A stretch of DNA of 64,000 nt from the IMG/VR virus record IMGVR_UViG_3300027984_000004; one strand, 5' to 3'. How positions within the stretch are numbered: position 1 is the first letter of the stretch; each line of letters starts with the position of its first letter. The translations under genes and the position numbers were made by a program. Positions 39,801 through 49,270 of the stretch are shown here, one piece after another. The DNA comes from an uncultured virus (IMG/VR IMGVR_UViG_3300027984_000004) (lineage: Duplodnaviria > Heunggongvirae > Uroviricota > Caudoviricetes). Under the pieces are notes generated by a model, which saw only the letters and a program-made list of their open reading frames with translations, searched no databases and was not told where the DNA came from.

Positions 39801-40351
39801 CGCAATGTAGCGGCGGCTATTGAAGCGCTATTAGATAAATCTTCTCCACTTGACGCGGCCAAATTTAACATACCCGGCATAGCATCCATTATTTCGGTAA
39901 CACTAAAACCCGCAGACGCTAAATTCTCCATACCTTCTGCGGCTTGTTTGGAAGAAAAAGAAGTTTTAGCGCCTAAATCTACAGCCTGAGCGGTTAACGC
40001 TTGTAATTCAACTTTTGAAGCTCCTGCCGTTCCGCCAACCCTTGACATTGCCGCTTCAAAATCCATACCTGTTTTCATTGAAGCCGTAAGTGCAGATCCA
40101 AGCATTTTAATACCTTCACCAATGGCATTAATACCTGCTTGAATTGCACTACTGACAAGATTTGCCTTCAATACATTGCCAAACTCTTGAGTATCTCGGC
40201 TGGTAGATTTTATATTAGTATCAAGATTAGTCAGAGAATTTTTTGTTTCTGTCCCGAAATTATCAAATGTTGTTGCCGCCTGCTCAATGCCAGTTGTAAA
40301 ACCCTTATCTTCTAAACCTATATTAGCATATAAGGAAAATATTTCAGCTAT
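36842..40351 (-). CDS. tape measure protein (TP901 family); probable ATA start
   Basis: Long helical protein with FEAAMSRV...TSFS..QAAEGM..LA.AG and GSQAGTTLR; frame open to ATA-GCT-GAA (AEIFSLYANIGL). Confidence 0.92.
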   Translation of the reverse strand: MAEIFSLYANIGLEDKGFTTGIEQAATTFDNFGTETKNSLTNLDTNIKSTSRDTQEFGNVLKANLVSSAIQAGINAIGEGIKMLGSALTASMKTGMDFEAAMSRVGGTAGASKVELQALTAQAVDLGAKTSFSSKQAAEGMENLASAGFSVTEIMDAMPGMLNLAASSGEDLSNSASIAAATLRGFGLEAKDAGHVSDVFAKSAADTNASVGTMGEAMKYIAPVAHAMGLSLEETAAAIGVMSDAGIMGSQAGTTLRAALSRLTSPTEQMSGAMKDLGMNFFDAHGNMLPLPGIIEQLRVGTTGLTQEQKNQTLAVLFGQEALSGMLTLVDAGPQKLQALTDGLRSADGAAAEMASTMLDNVAGSIEALSGSMESIQIALFDKMKIPFRQTVDSVTESMNDLLADMQGGALGSALDNMAANMGTLIERMVKFAVDALPGVIEGIAKLINGINTAISVIDALSPLIISVATGFAAWQIVSSLSAGFTTLITALEGVSAAMTVLLAHPVILAIAGITTAVTLGITAWNKYKQAQEESYQAFIGSGKIVNELANDLESLNTKQSDISSLKARFIELSDAIATGKMPTNELTIAQNELATVKQALIDKSGGLIANVAQENSAFLDQITALEGLTESQKQVAIAKLEAQMSETNINALMQEKEAIEQQTQAMANQITQQSQFAIGLNQIVVESDNLIESLDSGKISQEEYAASVDTLIQKANELNPQFDFTNTGLTGVMQAAEDTKNSLNGLTGEYENQMNNLTTINTSINDYTNAQTQLNDVLGQSQVTVQGYTADLSEMEIVAGNYAQSSNSIVQAQEQESSTMTDLTNRIQELKDAQQAYTDSLEAEAAKRGMTLKQWEDMLAQDEERMKTYVQITTDMFSQIAEGQAQSVESMITNLEHNAQATEQWRQNLDSLYGRLSDGILQKLETMGIEGAAQVKLLADSSDEELQRLSASFDKNMSQATTMAQEHSEETKIIVSGAMKGMVDLSEQELQKLPPRVRDIVQQAGKEAQTAQGEFEQAGRDAGSGFANGIESKRESIMGKITSVLSSASSALSNFLQRGSPSKLYMGYGEDTGEGYAIGLNNSATEIEKAAMKIPETVSNALSDIENSSINLTGNTTSIPALSTTESQQGNIINNYYSANVKMEDIGSVAQLLQIFSNMRHNEVVWGV

Positions 40352-40356
40352 TCAGA

Positions 40357-41126
40357 TCACCTGCTTATCCCAACGCGCTTTTGATTTGCCTTTCTTTTAC
40401 CCATTTTCTTAAACATATCCACTATATCTTGTGGAGTATATTCCTTTTTTTCTTTTTTAGGCTTATTTACATTCCATTCATTCCATCTTGGCAATGTCGG
40501 TCTGTTTTGCTTATTCTTAAATCTCATATCTGTAGCCATTGCCCACAAACAATCAAACATATAATTTTCTTTTTTATTTTCTTCTTTATATTTAGATACT
40601 ACATATTTTAAAAATGGAACCATCGGAAGCATACGCGGCAGTTCTGCCGCATATATTATGATTCTATCCGCTCCGACGGTTCCGTATATGATAAAAAATC
40701 TTTAAAATTCAAATCTGCGATTATTTCATTCAACATGGTGGTTATTTTAACACCTGGATAATGACTTATATCTTCCGGCGTATTTTTTTCAAATATGGCT
40801 AATACTTGAAATACAATGCTTCTATTTTCATTTGATAATAGTTGCGGAATAATTTTTGTTGTATCTCGAATGAATATATTGGCTTGCTCTTCCTCTATAG
40901 TCATCAATGCATCATTCATCTTTGTTTCATCTGGATTTTGTTTTTTAGCTTCATTTAAATAAATCATGCGCGCATTATTTGTCTTTTTGTTGTACCTTTT
41001 AAATATTTGTGCTTGTATTAATTCAGAATCAACTAATATTGGTAGAATAGGAGATATTATAAATAATACATCAAATAATTCGTTCCCATCTAATTCTTTT
41101 ACATTGCGCAAAATAATCCCTCCCAA
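40357..41126 (-). CDS. tail assembly chaperone G (40656-41126) and -1 frameshift product GT (to 40357)
   Basis: Between major tail and TMP; slippery T-TTT-TTA at 40698-40692 opens into the 40357-40632 frame. Confidence 0.75.
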
Positions 41127-41204
41127 GGATTCCCGATGTGGCGCTGGAAGAACGTCGGGTTCGTTCTTGTCGTATGCGCATACTATCCAACGCCAAATAT
41201 TAAA

Positions 41205-41849
41205 TTAAGGTTCTAATGATTCGCACTCATCATCAATAGGTGTTGCCCATTCAAATTGCCAGATATTCACAGGTACATTTTGCATATTGGCTAAATCAGC
41301 TTGGAAAGCATGAAACTCAAACGGCGCTGTCATTTCACCCTCTGCTGGTAATCCAGCAACAAAACCAGCCGTATTTAAAACATTTTCCAGATCAATATAT
41401 AATAAATCACCATCGTTATACATTCCTGCCCACGAAAAATGAGGAATATAATGACAAGGTAATAATGTATTAGATACAGTCAATGCGCCAGTAGCGGTAA
41501 CTATTCGCGGTGTCACTAGCAACCTTTTTAAATTTAAAAGTGTCATTTCTTTAGCTGTTCCCGCAAGGAATACATCCCAACGCTGTAAGACTTGCGAACC
41601 CACAACAGGTGACGTTACTCCGGCCATTGTAATCTCCCTGAATGTAGGAACAAGACTAAACGTTCCGTCACCCTCTGTAACACCTATGCATTTGCCGCCC
41701 TCTAATGCTGTTTGTAGTATAACGCCAAATTCCTCAGCCGTTGTTGTAGGCGTTATTAATGATGTATCAATTCCAAAATAAAAAGCCCCCGGGCCTAAAA
41801 CCATATTAAAACCAGAATCAGGGGTTACACCTGATGGTTTATACGGCAT
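41205..41849 (-). CDS. major tail protein
   Basis: Position; NMVLGPGAFY, IGVTEG...F, LENVLNTAG...EGE...PFEFHA. Confidence 0.75.
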   Translation of the reverse strand: MPYKPSGVTPDSGFNMVLGPGAFYFGIDTSLITPTTTAEEFGVILQTALEGGKCIGVTEGDGTFSLVPTFREITMAGVTSPVVGSQVLQRWDVFLAGTAKEMTLLNLKRLLVTPRIVTATGALTVSNTLLPCHYIPHFSWAGMYNDGDLLYIDLENVLNTAGFVAGLPAEGEMTAPFEFHAFQADLANMQNVPVNIWQFEWATPIDDECESLEP

Positions 41850-41870
41850 ATTAACACATCCTTTTAAAAA

Positions 41871-42389
41871 CTATTGAACATAATTTCTAACTATTATTCT
41901 GGCTATTCCTCTAACTATATCAGAAGAAATAGCTCTTACTGATTCCTGTGTACCCGGATCTCCCATATATTGAATGAATGGATTAGATTGTTCAAACCAA
42001 ACCACACCATCACATCCAAGATTAACCATTGCCCCCCTGCCCACTGGAATAACTTCATTTATTTGTGACAATACGTCATCAATTCTAGTAAAAAAACCCG
42101 GATTGTCGATATTTCTATCCCATACATGAATTGACGATATTGTTATGCCGGTAAATGTAGGCTTCACTACTTCATACGTTATATATGGCCATGCCCATGA
42201 CGGCCATGATAACATATCTATTGGACGACCAGATTGTGTGATAAGGTTTCCTCTATCATCTCGTATAAACACATTATCTACTGGATAAGCGGCAATCAAG
42301 CGTGGTTCTGTAACTAGCACGCGATTATAAAATCTGTTATTAAAAAAATTTCTATAAGCTGTCCTAATATTATGCATAACCAACACCAC
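41871..42389 (-). CDS. tail terminator / neck protein
   Basis: WPYITYE motif; precedes major tail gene. Confidence 0.6.
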   Translation of the reverse strand: MVLVMHNIRTAYRNFFNNRFYNRVLVTEPRLIAAYPVDNVFIRDDRGNLITQSGRPIDMLSWPSWAWPYITYEVVKPTFTGITISSIHVWDRNIDNPGFFTRIDDVLSQINEVIPVGRGAMVNLGCDGVVWFEQSNPFIQYMGDPGTQESVRAISSDIVRGIARIIVRNYVQ

Positions 42390-42743
42390 GCGAAACGGCT
42401 TCTCTTGATACTAGTTCAAGATTAAACAGTTGAAATTGAGATTCCGCCACATCTGGACTACGCTCGCCAATAGATGAAACACGATAAAATGAATTATCTT
42501 TTGCCCGACGCAACATATCATTAGGCTCTAAATGTATAACCATATTTTCGGTTATAAAATCGTATTGTGCCCGCATCCCTTGTGCTTCCGCAACTCTTAT
42601 CTCAGCCTGACGCGCCTTTGATATTATGCCATCAAGACGAACTCCATCCTGCATAATCCAATACAATCCTCCGAAGCCATCCTCAACCGTTATGGCACCC
42701 TAGCCTGAACCCAAAATAGTTCAGAATAATTGCTAAGGGGCAT
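42370..42743 (-). CDS. head-closure protein, apparently frameshifted near its 5' end
   Basis: GAGGTGA RBS + ATG 42743 stops after 17 codons; the -1 frame continues EDGFGG...AEIRVAEAQG. Confidence 0.55.
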
Positions 42744-42782
42744 CTATACATCACCTCTATCTAGTAAACCGAACTAATTGCA

Positions 42783-43259
42783 TCATATCCTTATCGACAT
42801 CTGAATCACTCTAAATGCATTCAATCTAGATTTAAACACATCCTGCCATTGTAAAGGCACACCATCCTTGTTGGTTCCTTTACTCCAACTATGCACGTTT
42901 AAAACTGTTTCACTGGTATATGCTGTAGGCTGTCCTTCTGCGCTGTGATTAAATTTATCAATATCAGCACATAACTGTAAAAAATCTTGTGGAATATGCA
43001 ATCCGTATATTATTCCATGCCATTCCTCATCGTTATCTGCATTGGCAAGCGTATACACATTGCCTCGTCTCGCAATAATTTTGTAAATATTATTTATTAT
43101 TGTTGTTCCGGTTAATGCAATATATTGATCTACTCTGTAGATATTCTTTAATTCTATTTTGCCGTCTTTTAATATATAATCGCCTTGCTCTGAACAAACG
43201 TCGAAAAATTTATTAACATAACGGCATATCGGCAGAATAATATTACCTGACAAAACCAT
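42783..43259 (-). CDS. head-tail connector protein
   Basis: ICRYVNKFF...YTSET...SWSK...WQDVFKSRLNAFR. Confidence 0.65.
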   Translation of the reverse strand: MVLSGNIILPICRYVNKFFDVCSEQGDYILKDGKIELKNIYRVDQYIALTGTTIINNIYKIIARRGNVYTLANADNDEEWHGIIYGLHIPQDFLQLCADIDKFNHSAEGQPTAYTSETVLNVHSWSKGTNKDGVPLQWQDVFKSRLNAFRVIQMSIRI

Positions 43260-43900
43260 TATTCAACCACCAGATACCCTGCAAAAGTAGCCATTGCCTT
43301 AACCAGAAAATTAATATTATCTCTTGAAACGTCAACCATGACTTGCGTATATACGGCACCGTCAAGCATATAGACCGTACATTCTAACGCTCCATTATGC
43401 GCAACGGTTAATGTATATATACCTGCTACAGCCGCACTCCAACGCGCGTCTCCCTGCGTAAAAGGCTCCTGTGCCGGTGCCGCTCCTGGGCCTCCAGGCG
43501 TAGGAATTGGATACCATCCTACAATGCCCGATGGAGACGTGCCAAACAACATATTATTTCCCGGCGCTGGCGTTGGCTCTAATGTTATAGCTTTACCCAC
43601 AACAGTTGTGCCATTTGTAATAGCCGCTACATTACTATCTATCGATGCAAATTTACTCTGAATTGTACCAATAGTAGCATTGTAGTTTTGCGCCGTTGTT
43701 GCCGTCAATGCGTTCTGCACTACATTGCTAGACGCATCAAGAACAGCAACGCCATTCGGCTGTCCTTGATGCGATAATGGTATATAGTTAGCTAAATCTG
43801 TTACATTTGCCTTTGTGGAATCCAGATACGTATTATTATCATTTATGTTTTTCGACAATTGATTGGGAGTTATTGGCGTTTGAATTGGTACTAAAGGCAT
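43259..43900 (-). CDS. putative fibre/decoration protein (paralogue of 43918-44274)
   Basis: GQPNGVAVLDASSNV fibre-type motif. Confidence 0.55.
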   Translation of the reverse strand: MPLVPIQTPITPNQLSKNINDNNTYLDSTKANVTDLANYIPLSHQGQPNGVAVLDASSNVVQNALTATTAQNYNATIGTIQSKFASIDSNVAAITNGTTVVGKAITLEPTPAPGNNMLFGTSPSGIVGWYPIPTPGGPGAAPAQEPFTQGDARWSAAVAGIYTLTVAHNGALECTVYMLDGAVYTQVMVDVSRDNINFLVKAMATFAGYLVVE

Positions 43901-43917
43901 TGAATAGCCTCCTTATA

Positions 43918-44274
43918 TTAAGGGTTCGTGCTCATTGTTTGAAATTTCTTTAGAAAATTAAGGAACGTTTGCGCCACTAAAACAACATCAGATTCTGTCG
44001 CTAATGTTCCTATTATTGTGTCAATAGATGTAAATTTGCTTTGTATTGTACCAGTCGTTGTATTATAATTATTCGCCGTTGTAGAATTTGTCGCATTTGT
44101 AGATGTCAATGCATTTTGAATAACATTGCTCGACGCGTCAAGGGATGCAACCCCACCGGCGGTTCCTTTAGCTGAAATTGATATTTTATCGGTATCCAGA
44201 TACGCATCATTATTATTAATTGTAGTTATTAATGTATTTGATGTTATCGGACTTTTCAAACTTGTAAGGGGCAT
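43918..44274 (-). CDS. putative fibre/decoration protein
   Basis: KGTAGGVASLDASSNV; shares N-terminal ~95 aa pattern with 43259-43900. Confidence 0.55.
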   Translation of the reverse strand: MPLTSLKSPITSNTLITTINNNDAYLDTDKISISAKGTAGGVASLDASSNVIQNALTSTNATNSTTANNYNTTTGTIQSKFTSIDTIIGTLATESDVVLVAQTFLNFLKKFQTMSTNP

Positions 44275-44283
44275 CTAAGCCTC

Positions 44284-45003
44284 CTATGCTATAGCTAATT
44301 GTCCATCAAATGGTATATTGGCTATTAACGATATATCACCATTAGGAAATCTGCGATACGTACATAATACGTTTTCTAAATATGTTCCTGTATTTTGCAT
44401 TATTTCTAATACTGAACCGAATAATCCACGTTCATGCATTGATTCTGGTATAGTAATTTGAACATCGGTCAAATATTGTTGCCATTCGGGTATTACAAAT
44501 TCTTGACGATAAGCATTTAATGGCTGATTTCCATTACCAGCGGCTGACACTGTATTCCATTGCCCGTTAGCAAAATACTGAAATTCTCCAAATGATTCCC
44601 GAATAAATGGCGTTGAATTGCCCGGCGTTTGAACATATACATTTGTTGGCTCTGGAGGTTCTGGCGGATCACCGCAAATAGAACCTCCAGAGACTACTTC
44701 AAATGAAGCTTCATTTGTCAAACGCATGTCTCCAGCGAATATAGAGACATAAACAGATCCTGCAATCTGCAACATTTCATTGGGTATCTGACACATACTA
44801 TCAATTATTTGAACGCATATTTGCGGTATTTGTTCACTTCTGAAAACAGCGATCTGATTTAACCCTTCCCATTGTTCCGAAAATCTAAATCCTGCATAAA
44901 AATAATTTTTACTACCGATTGGAATACCGCAATTTGTTGGACTTATTTTTCTTATGCATGTATCAGTAATATCAAAATTGATAATCGTACTATTTACATC
45001 CAT
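44284..45003 (-). CDS. structural protein with BppU-like N-terminal domain
   Basis: GSKNYFYAGFRFSEQWEGL..IAVF...CQIPNEML. Confidence 0.55.
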   Translation of the reverse strand: MDVNSTIINFDITDTCIRKISPTNCGIPIGSKNYFYAGFRFSEQWEGLNQIAVFRSEQIPQICVQIIDSMCQIPNEMLQIAGSVYVSIFAGDMRLTNEASFEVVSGGSICGDPPEPPEPTNVYVQTPGNSTPFIRESFGEFQYFANGQWNTVSAAGNGNQPLNAYRQEFVIPEWQQYLTDVQITIPESMHERGLFGSVLEIMQNTGTYLENVLCTYRRFPNGDISLIANIPFDGQLAIA

Positions 45004-45004
45004 A

Positions 45005-45265
45005 TTATTCCTCTGGGATTTCTTCCGTTGTTATTTCTTCCGTAACTTCTATTTCTGGATATAATATCGCGTATTTTTCTGCTTGTCTGCGTTGCATTTC
45101 TTCCTCTGTTATTTCTTCCCATCCTTTGGTATTCGCACTCTTGCCTAAATAAGCTTTTTGCGTGTATATATTCTTTTCTTCATTTGCCAACCAGTTTATT
45201 TCTATTGAGGGCGTCAAAATTTTCATAACTATAGTTGTATTAGTAACTATCATACAACAACCCAT
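45005..45265 (-). CDS. small hypothetical protein (fibre-associated)
   Basis: KAYLGK...WEEITEEE. Confidence 0.5.
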   Translation of the reverse strand: MGCCMIVTNTTIVMKILTPSIEINWLANEEKNIYTQKAYLGKSANTKGWEEITEEEMQRRQAEKYAILYPEIEVTEEITTEEIPEE

Positions 45266-47271
45266 CCTTTATCAACCGCTATTGCAATATCTGCATCAGT
45301 TATTTTGTTAATATTAGATCCTAACTGCAATATTTGACCGTTGGATTTTGGCAATGATTGTATTATCGTTTTCAATTGTTCGGTCGTTAGTCCTGCACTT
45401 ACAACAAATGGGCAATTCGTTCCAACGGTTGTCTGTCCTCCACCATCTGACCATACATTATTAATGCCTTGTAATGATTTTACTGTAAATGGGGCAATTA
45501 ACAACGTTATTGGAGTTAATACTTTCCACAATGATGTAACATTATTGTTTTGCAACCATAGTTTAACACCAGCCAAATCATTTGTTGCTAATCTGCTCCT
45601 AAGTACGCGTAAATTAATAGCATTATTTATTGGTGCAGGTCTTAATAATTCAACATCACTTGTATATGACGATAAAAATTGAAACTTATCTGATATTGTT
45701 GCAATGCTAGTGCTAATATTTAACCCTGCAACAGATGCATATACTGAAATTGTATTAATTTGATTTGGATCTGCGCTTGTTGTCCAATTTTCGTTTCCAT
45801 TTAATACTAGTATTTTTGTATTTTGTATGATAGTTCCATTATTTTGAATAATATCCTCTGCCCCCGATAGTCCATATAGCGGTTGCAAAAGTGATACAGA
45901 ATACTCGTCACCAATAAATGATTCGTAAGGAGTATTTGTTGGACTAACTTCAATTTGCAATGAATCTATTAATGACTGAGCTTCCGGATACGAATCTCCA
46001 GATTGCCACAAAAATACACTAATATAAAATGCATTTGCTGGCGCTGTTATGGTCGTTACCCATTTACCGTCTATTGTTGGAGGTACGACATTATTATAAG
46101 TCAATACAGCTTCATCAATAGAAGGTTTATTTTGACTAAAAACAACACTTGGTCTTGTGCCAGGTATCCTAGATACTTTATATGTCATTTGGGGCGCACA
46201 CCGTGCATACGCTGTAACTACATTGCCAGCAAGAAATCTTGCCGGGGATGTATTTGTCCATGTTATATTCATTATGTTTGATTTATTAAAAATATTTTTT
46301 CCAGTACGTGATACAACAATATTATTACGACCAACTATATTTCTAATATTTTCTGGTGTCGGCGTACCAGAACCAGTCTGAACAGCAATTAATTTCGTAC
46401 TAATATCCATTGGCAAATTTCGCCCTGGCATATTAGCGTATGCTTGTGCAATCATATCAGTAGCACCGGTTATGCATGGTAGCTCATAAGGGCAATTAGT
46501 CTCCACAACAGTTGTACCGTTATCAGACCATACATTATTTACGCCCGGTAATGCTGGAATCTTAAAACCACGTTGCGCATCTATTAATGGAATAGAATAG
46601 GTATTACTAATATACGGTTCGTATGGAGTAGCAATAGATCCCATTTCTATTTGTATAGAATTTAATACTTGTTCTGGTGTTAAACCTACATTAGCACTTG
46701 TATCTACTGTGTTCCAAAATACTACATTTAAATAATTAGCATTCACTGGAGACAAGGCAGTTATTACTGTAGCAAATTGACCTGCTTTACTTATTCCAAA
46801 TAATACGGGAACATTAATCCCTGGTATTACATTTGAAAATGACACGCTAAATCTATAACTAGCAATTTTCGAAACTGTATAATATATATTAGGATAACAT
46901 TTAATCCATGCCACACGTGAACCAGCAGAAGTTATCCAATGCGTTGTGATAGACAGCATCGCCAAATTTAATAATACATTTGATTTATTTAATAAATTCT
47001 TACCTGTACGTGTTATGTTTAATGGATCTTGCGTAGTATTTATAACTATTACATCTAGCATTTCTCCTGATTCTAAATTCTCAGCAAATGCTGACGCAAT
47101 TAAACCAACAGCACCTTTTATACAAGCAAATGAAGACCAAAATAATTGTGCAATCCCATTAATACCAACATATCCGCGTAAACATTTATTAGCCAATCCG
47201 CCAATACCAGTATAAATGCTTTTTATCTTATTCGCAATGCCATTAATTCCTGAATAAGCCGTCCGCGCCAT
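45250..47271 (-). CDS. putative fibre / receptor-binding protein with internal duplication
   Basis: Two copies of RTGKN..NKSN...QIE....TPYE...G.NNVWSD. Confidence 0.65.
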   Translation of the reverse strand: MARTAYSGINGIANKIKSIYTGIGGLANKCLRGYVGINGIAQLFWSSFACIKGAVGLIASAFAENLESGEMLDVIVINTTQDPLNITRTGKNLLNKSNVLLNLAMLSITTHWITSAGSRVAWIKCYPNIYYTVSKIASYRFSVSFSNVIPGINVPVLFGISKAGQFATVITALSPVNANYLNVVFWNTVDTSANVGLTPEQVLNSIQIEMGSIATPYEPYISNTYSIPLIDAQRGFKIPALPGVNNVWSDNGTTVVETNCPYELPCITGATDMIAQAYANMPGRNLPMDISTKLIAVQTGSGTPTPENIRNIVGRNNIVVSRTGKNIFNKSNIMNITWTNTSPARFLAGNVVTAYARCAPQMTYKVSRIPGTRPSVVFSQNKPSIDEAVLTYNNVVPPTIDGKWVTTITAPANAFYISVFLWQSGDSYPEAQSLIDSLQIEVSPTNTPYESFIGDEYSVSLLQPLYGLSGAEDIIQNNGTIIQNTKILVLNGNENWTTSADPNQINTISVYASVAGLNISTSIATISDKFQFLSSYTSDVELLRPAPINNAINLRVLRSRLATNDLAGVKLWLQNNNVTSLWKVLTPITLLIAPFTVKSLQGINNVWSDGGGQTTVGTNCPFVVSAGLTTEQLKTIIQSLPKSNGQILQLGSNINKITDADIAIAVDKGWVVV

Positions 47272-47273
47272 AT

Positions 47274-47864
47274 TTACACCGCCGGTTCATAAACAAGATA
47301 TACCATTCCATTTGGCAATGCAGAAACTCCTACTTGCAAATCTATATCTGATATTATAATATTACACACTTGCGCAACTGAATAATTTATATTCGATTGA
47401 GCAATTAATGTGCCAAGCATAGTTCCTCCGCTCAATGGCAACATACCAGTTATATCAGTTGCAAACGTCAAGATATATTCCCATACAATAGTAGTACCAT
47501 TAATAGCAGAAATCATATACATTGTAGGTTCATCATTTTGATTTTCATCAACGCGAACTATCACAAAATCATTAACCGAGGCGGCAATGAAACCAGAAAC
47601 ATCAATAGGAACTTCTGCAAACGTATCAAAAACACCAATAAAGTCCCCCATGCTTTCAAGCTTGGCGATTTTTGCCGTATTACTAACTATTAACTGTCGT
47701 ATGTCATCATGTGCTATAATTGATGTATTATGAGCCTGCAAATCAGCAGGTTGCAATGCTGTGCTGGTATTGGTGTATAATTCTGTAAAATTTTCATTTA
47801 TTTTATTTCTGGCCGACAGACCAGTATCTAAATTATCAACTGTTTGTTGTGCCATACTTAGCAC
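47274..47864 (-). CDS. putative fibre/structural protein
   Basis: ARNKINENFTELY, AHNTSIIAHDDIR, LPLSGGTM.G motifs. Confidence 0.6.
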   Translation of the reverse strand: MLSMAQQTVDNLDTGLSARNKINENFTELYTNTSTALQPADLQAHNTSIIAHDDIRQLIVSNTAKIAKLESMGDFIGVFDTFAEVPIDVSGFIAASVNDFVIVRVDENQNDEPTMYMISAINGTTIVWEYILTFATDITGMLPLSGGTMLGTLIAQSNINYSVAQVCNIIISDIDLQVGVSALPNGMVYLVYEPAV

Positions 47865-47869
47865 TCCCT

Positions 47870-48082
47870 TTATCCATCAATCCAGAAATTATTATCATCC
47901 CATATTGCACTATCCAACCATAAATACTGAGCGTTTGCCTGTATTGGCAATTCATTTACACAAAACAAAAAAATCGGTGGTTCAGGCGGTTTATATTCTC
48001 CACGCTGAATGTATATATAACGCGTTGTTGGCTGGATATTTGCCCTACGCGGGCGGTTGACTGCACCATTGGCCACAATCAA
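47870..48082 (-). CDS. hypothetical protein
   Basis: 70-aa ORF in structural operon. Confidence 0.45.
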   Translation of the reverse strand: MIVANGAVNRPRRANIQPTTRYIYIQRGEYKPPEPPIFLFCVNELPIQANAQYLWLDSAIWDDNNFWIDG

Positions 48083-48243
48083 CCGCCGCTTTTCTTTGTT
48101 TTTTTGGGCATTGATGATAATGTTTGTTCTACTGGTTTAATTAATTCATTGGCTATTACTTGACGTTCCAATGATTGATTTATTCTTGTTTTTTCCCTCG
48201 GAATCGCCTTTTTTAGCTTTGCATCCCAAACCAAATCTGCCAT
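48079..48243 (-). CDS. small hypothetical protein after capsid gene
   Basis: MADLVWDAKLKKAIPREK; ATG adjacent to MCP stop. Confidence 0.45.
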   Translation of the reverse strand: MADLVWDAKLKKAIPREKTRINQSLERQVIANELIKPVEQTLSSMPKKTKKSGG

Positions 48244-48244
48244 A

Positions 48245-49246
48245 TTAGACCGTCCCGTTCCCATTTCCATTTCCATTTGCATCAGGATTTAAAATTCCAG
48301 TTATTGAGCCGTGTAAAAAGCTGGGGCCAGAATCCAATCCCACTTGCGTAAACAACTGTTCTCTTTCACTTGCGCCAATTTTGGCAAGCGGCTCGGTGAA
48401 AAGGATACCTTTGCCCGGAACTTCCTGAAATACCGGAGCCATATAAGAAACATCAGCCACAAGAAGCGCATCTGGCGGCATGAATCTACTCCAGACAATT
48501 CCCATTCGACCGAAATCAAATTCAATTTCCTGAATGTTTAATCCACCAATGTTGCGCGTGGGCGGCAATGCAAAACCCACAACCAGATTATAAATTTCAG
48601 TTATTTTTTGTTTTAAATACGCACCAACAAACATAACCGGATTTTGGAACATTGCTCCGCCGTCGGCCATTGTCCTAAAGAGCGTATTTAGCATATCCTT
48701 ATCAAGCGGAGCGCCAGCGGCATCGATATGAGATCCACCCGGCAGTTGAGTAACTTCCAACATACCGCGTGTCATATTGGCCACACCGGACGATGTTGCC
48801 CTCTGGAACTGTCCAGCAATAAAACTCCATTCAATATCCCTCGCAATTTTAACAAGTTTCTGTTGCAACTGCCAGTCAAATTCATTCGGCGGATTTGCCT
48901 GTTGTCCTGCAATATTAACTCCGCTCATTAATCCGCTATTAGCCAACTTAACATATGTTAAGTCTATTGTTTCGTGATGTATTTGCACCACATTAGTAAC
49001 TTGCTCACGCACAATATGTGCTGGCGGCGGCGCTATAATAGAATCATCTTCCGATATATTAGGCTGTGTCACGGCAGGATGATTGAATAATTGAGCGGTT
49101 ACAAATTCATACGCTCTTGTAATCATGCCACCAGTTAACCCACCGATCATTGAAAGTAACGGTGTTTGAACTGGATCAGCTGTAAAAAGCTCACCGCTGT
49201 AATTCGGGAGCGACCAGCTCGTCCCCACCCCAGTAACTATTGCCAT
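48245..49246 (-). CDS. major capsid protein (DUF5309/SU10-like)
   Basis: LPNYSGELF...TPLLSMIGG, TNVVQI, KIARDIEWSFI.G, TRGM, EPLAKIG, HGSITG; follows scaffold gene. Confidence 0.85.
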   Translation of the reverse strand: MAIVTGVGTSWSLPNYSGELFTADPVQTPLLSMIGGLTGGMITRAYEFVTAQLFNHPAVTQPNISEDDSIIAPPPAHIVREQVTNVVQIHHETIDLTYVKLANSGLMSGVNIAGQQANPPNEFDWQLQQKLVKIARDIEWSFIAGQFQRATSSGVANMTRGMLEVTQLPGGSHIDAAGAPLDKDMLNTLFRTMADGGAMFQNPVMFVGAYLKQKITEIYNLVVGFALPPTRNIGGLNIQEIEFDFGRMGIVWSRFMPPDALLVADVSYMAPVFQEVPGKGILFTEPLAKIGASEREQLFTQVGLDSGPSFLHGSITGILNPDANGNGNGNGTV

Positions 49247-49270
49247 ATAAATACTTCCTTTTTATTTATA

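Noticed and set aside
37230..39989. Long plus-strand ORFs (229, 217, 99 aa)
   Set aside because: Antisense shadows of the tape measure gene with no RBS or recognisable motifs; the same applies to most other + strand ORFs in the track.
43259..47271. Diversity-generating retroelement acting on fibre genes
   Set aside because: No reverse transcriptase in the window, and the duplications are diverged at all positions rather than only at adenines.
48245..48282. Capsid C-terminal frameshift extension via the GGAAAT repeat
   Set aside because: No slippery heptamer, and the downstream ORF has its own ATG at 48243 next to the capsid stop.
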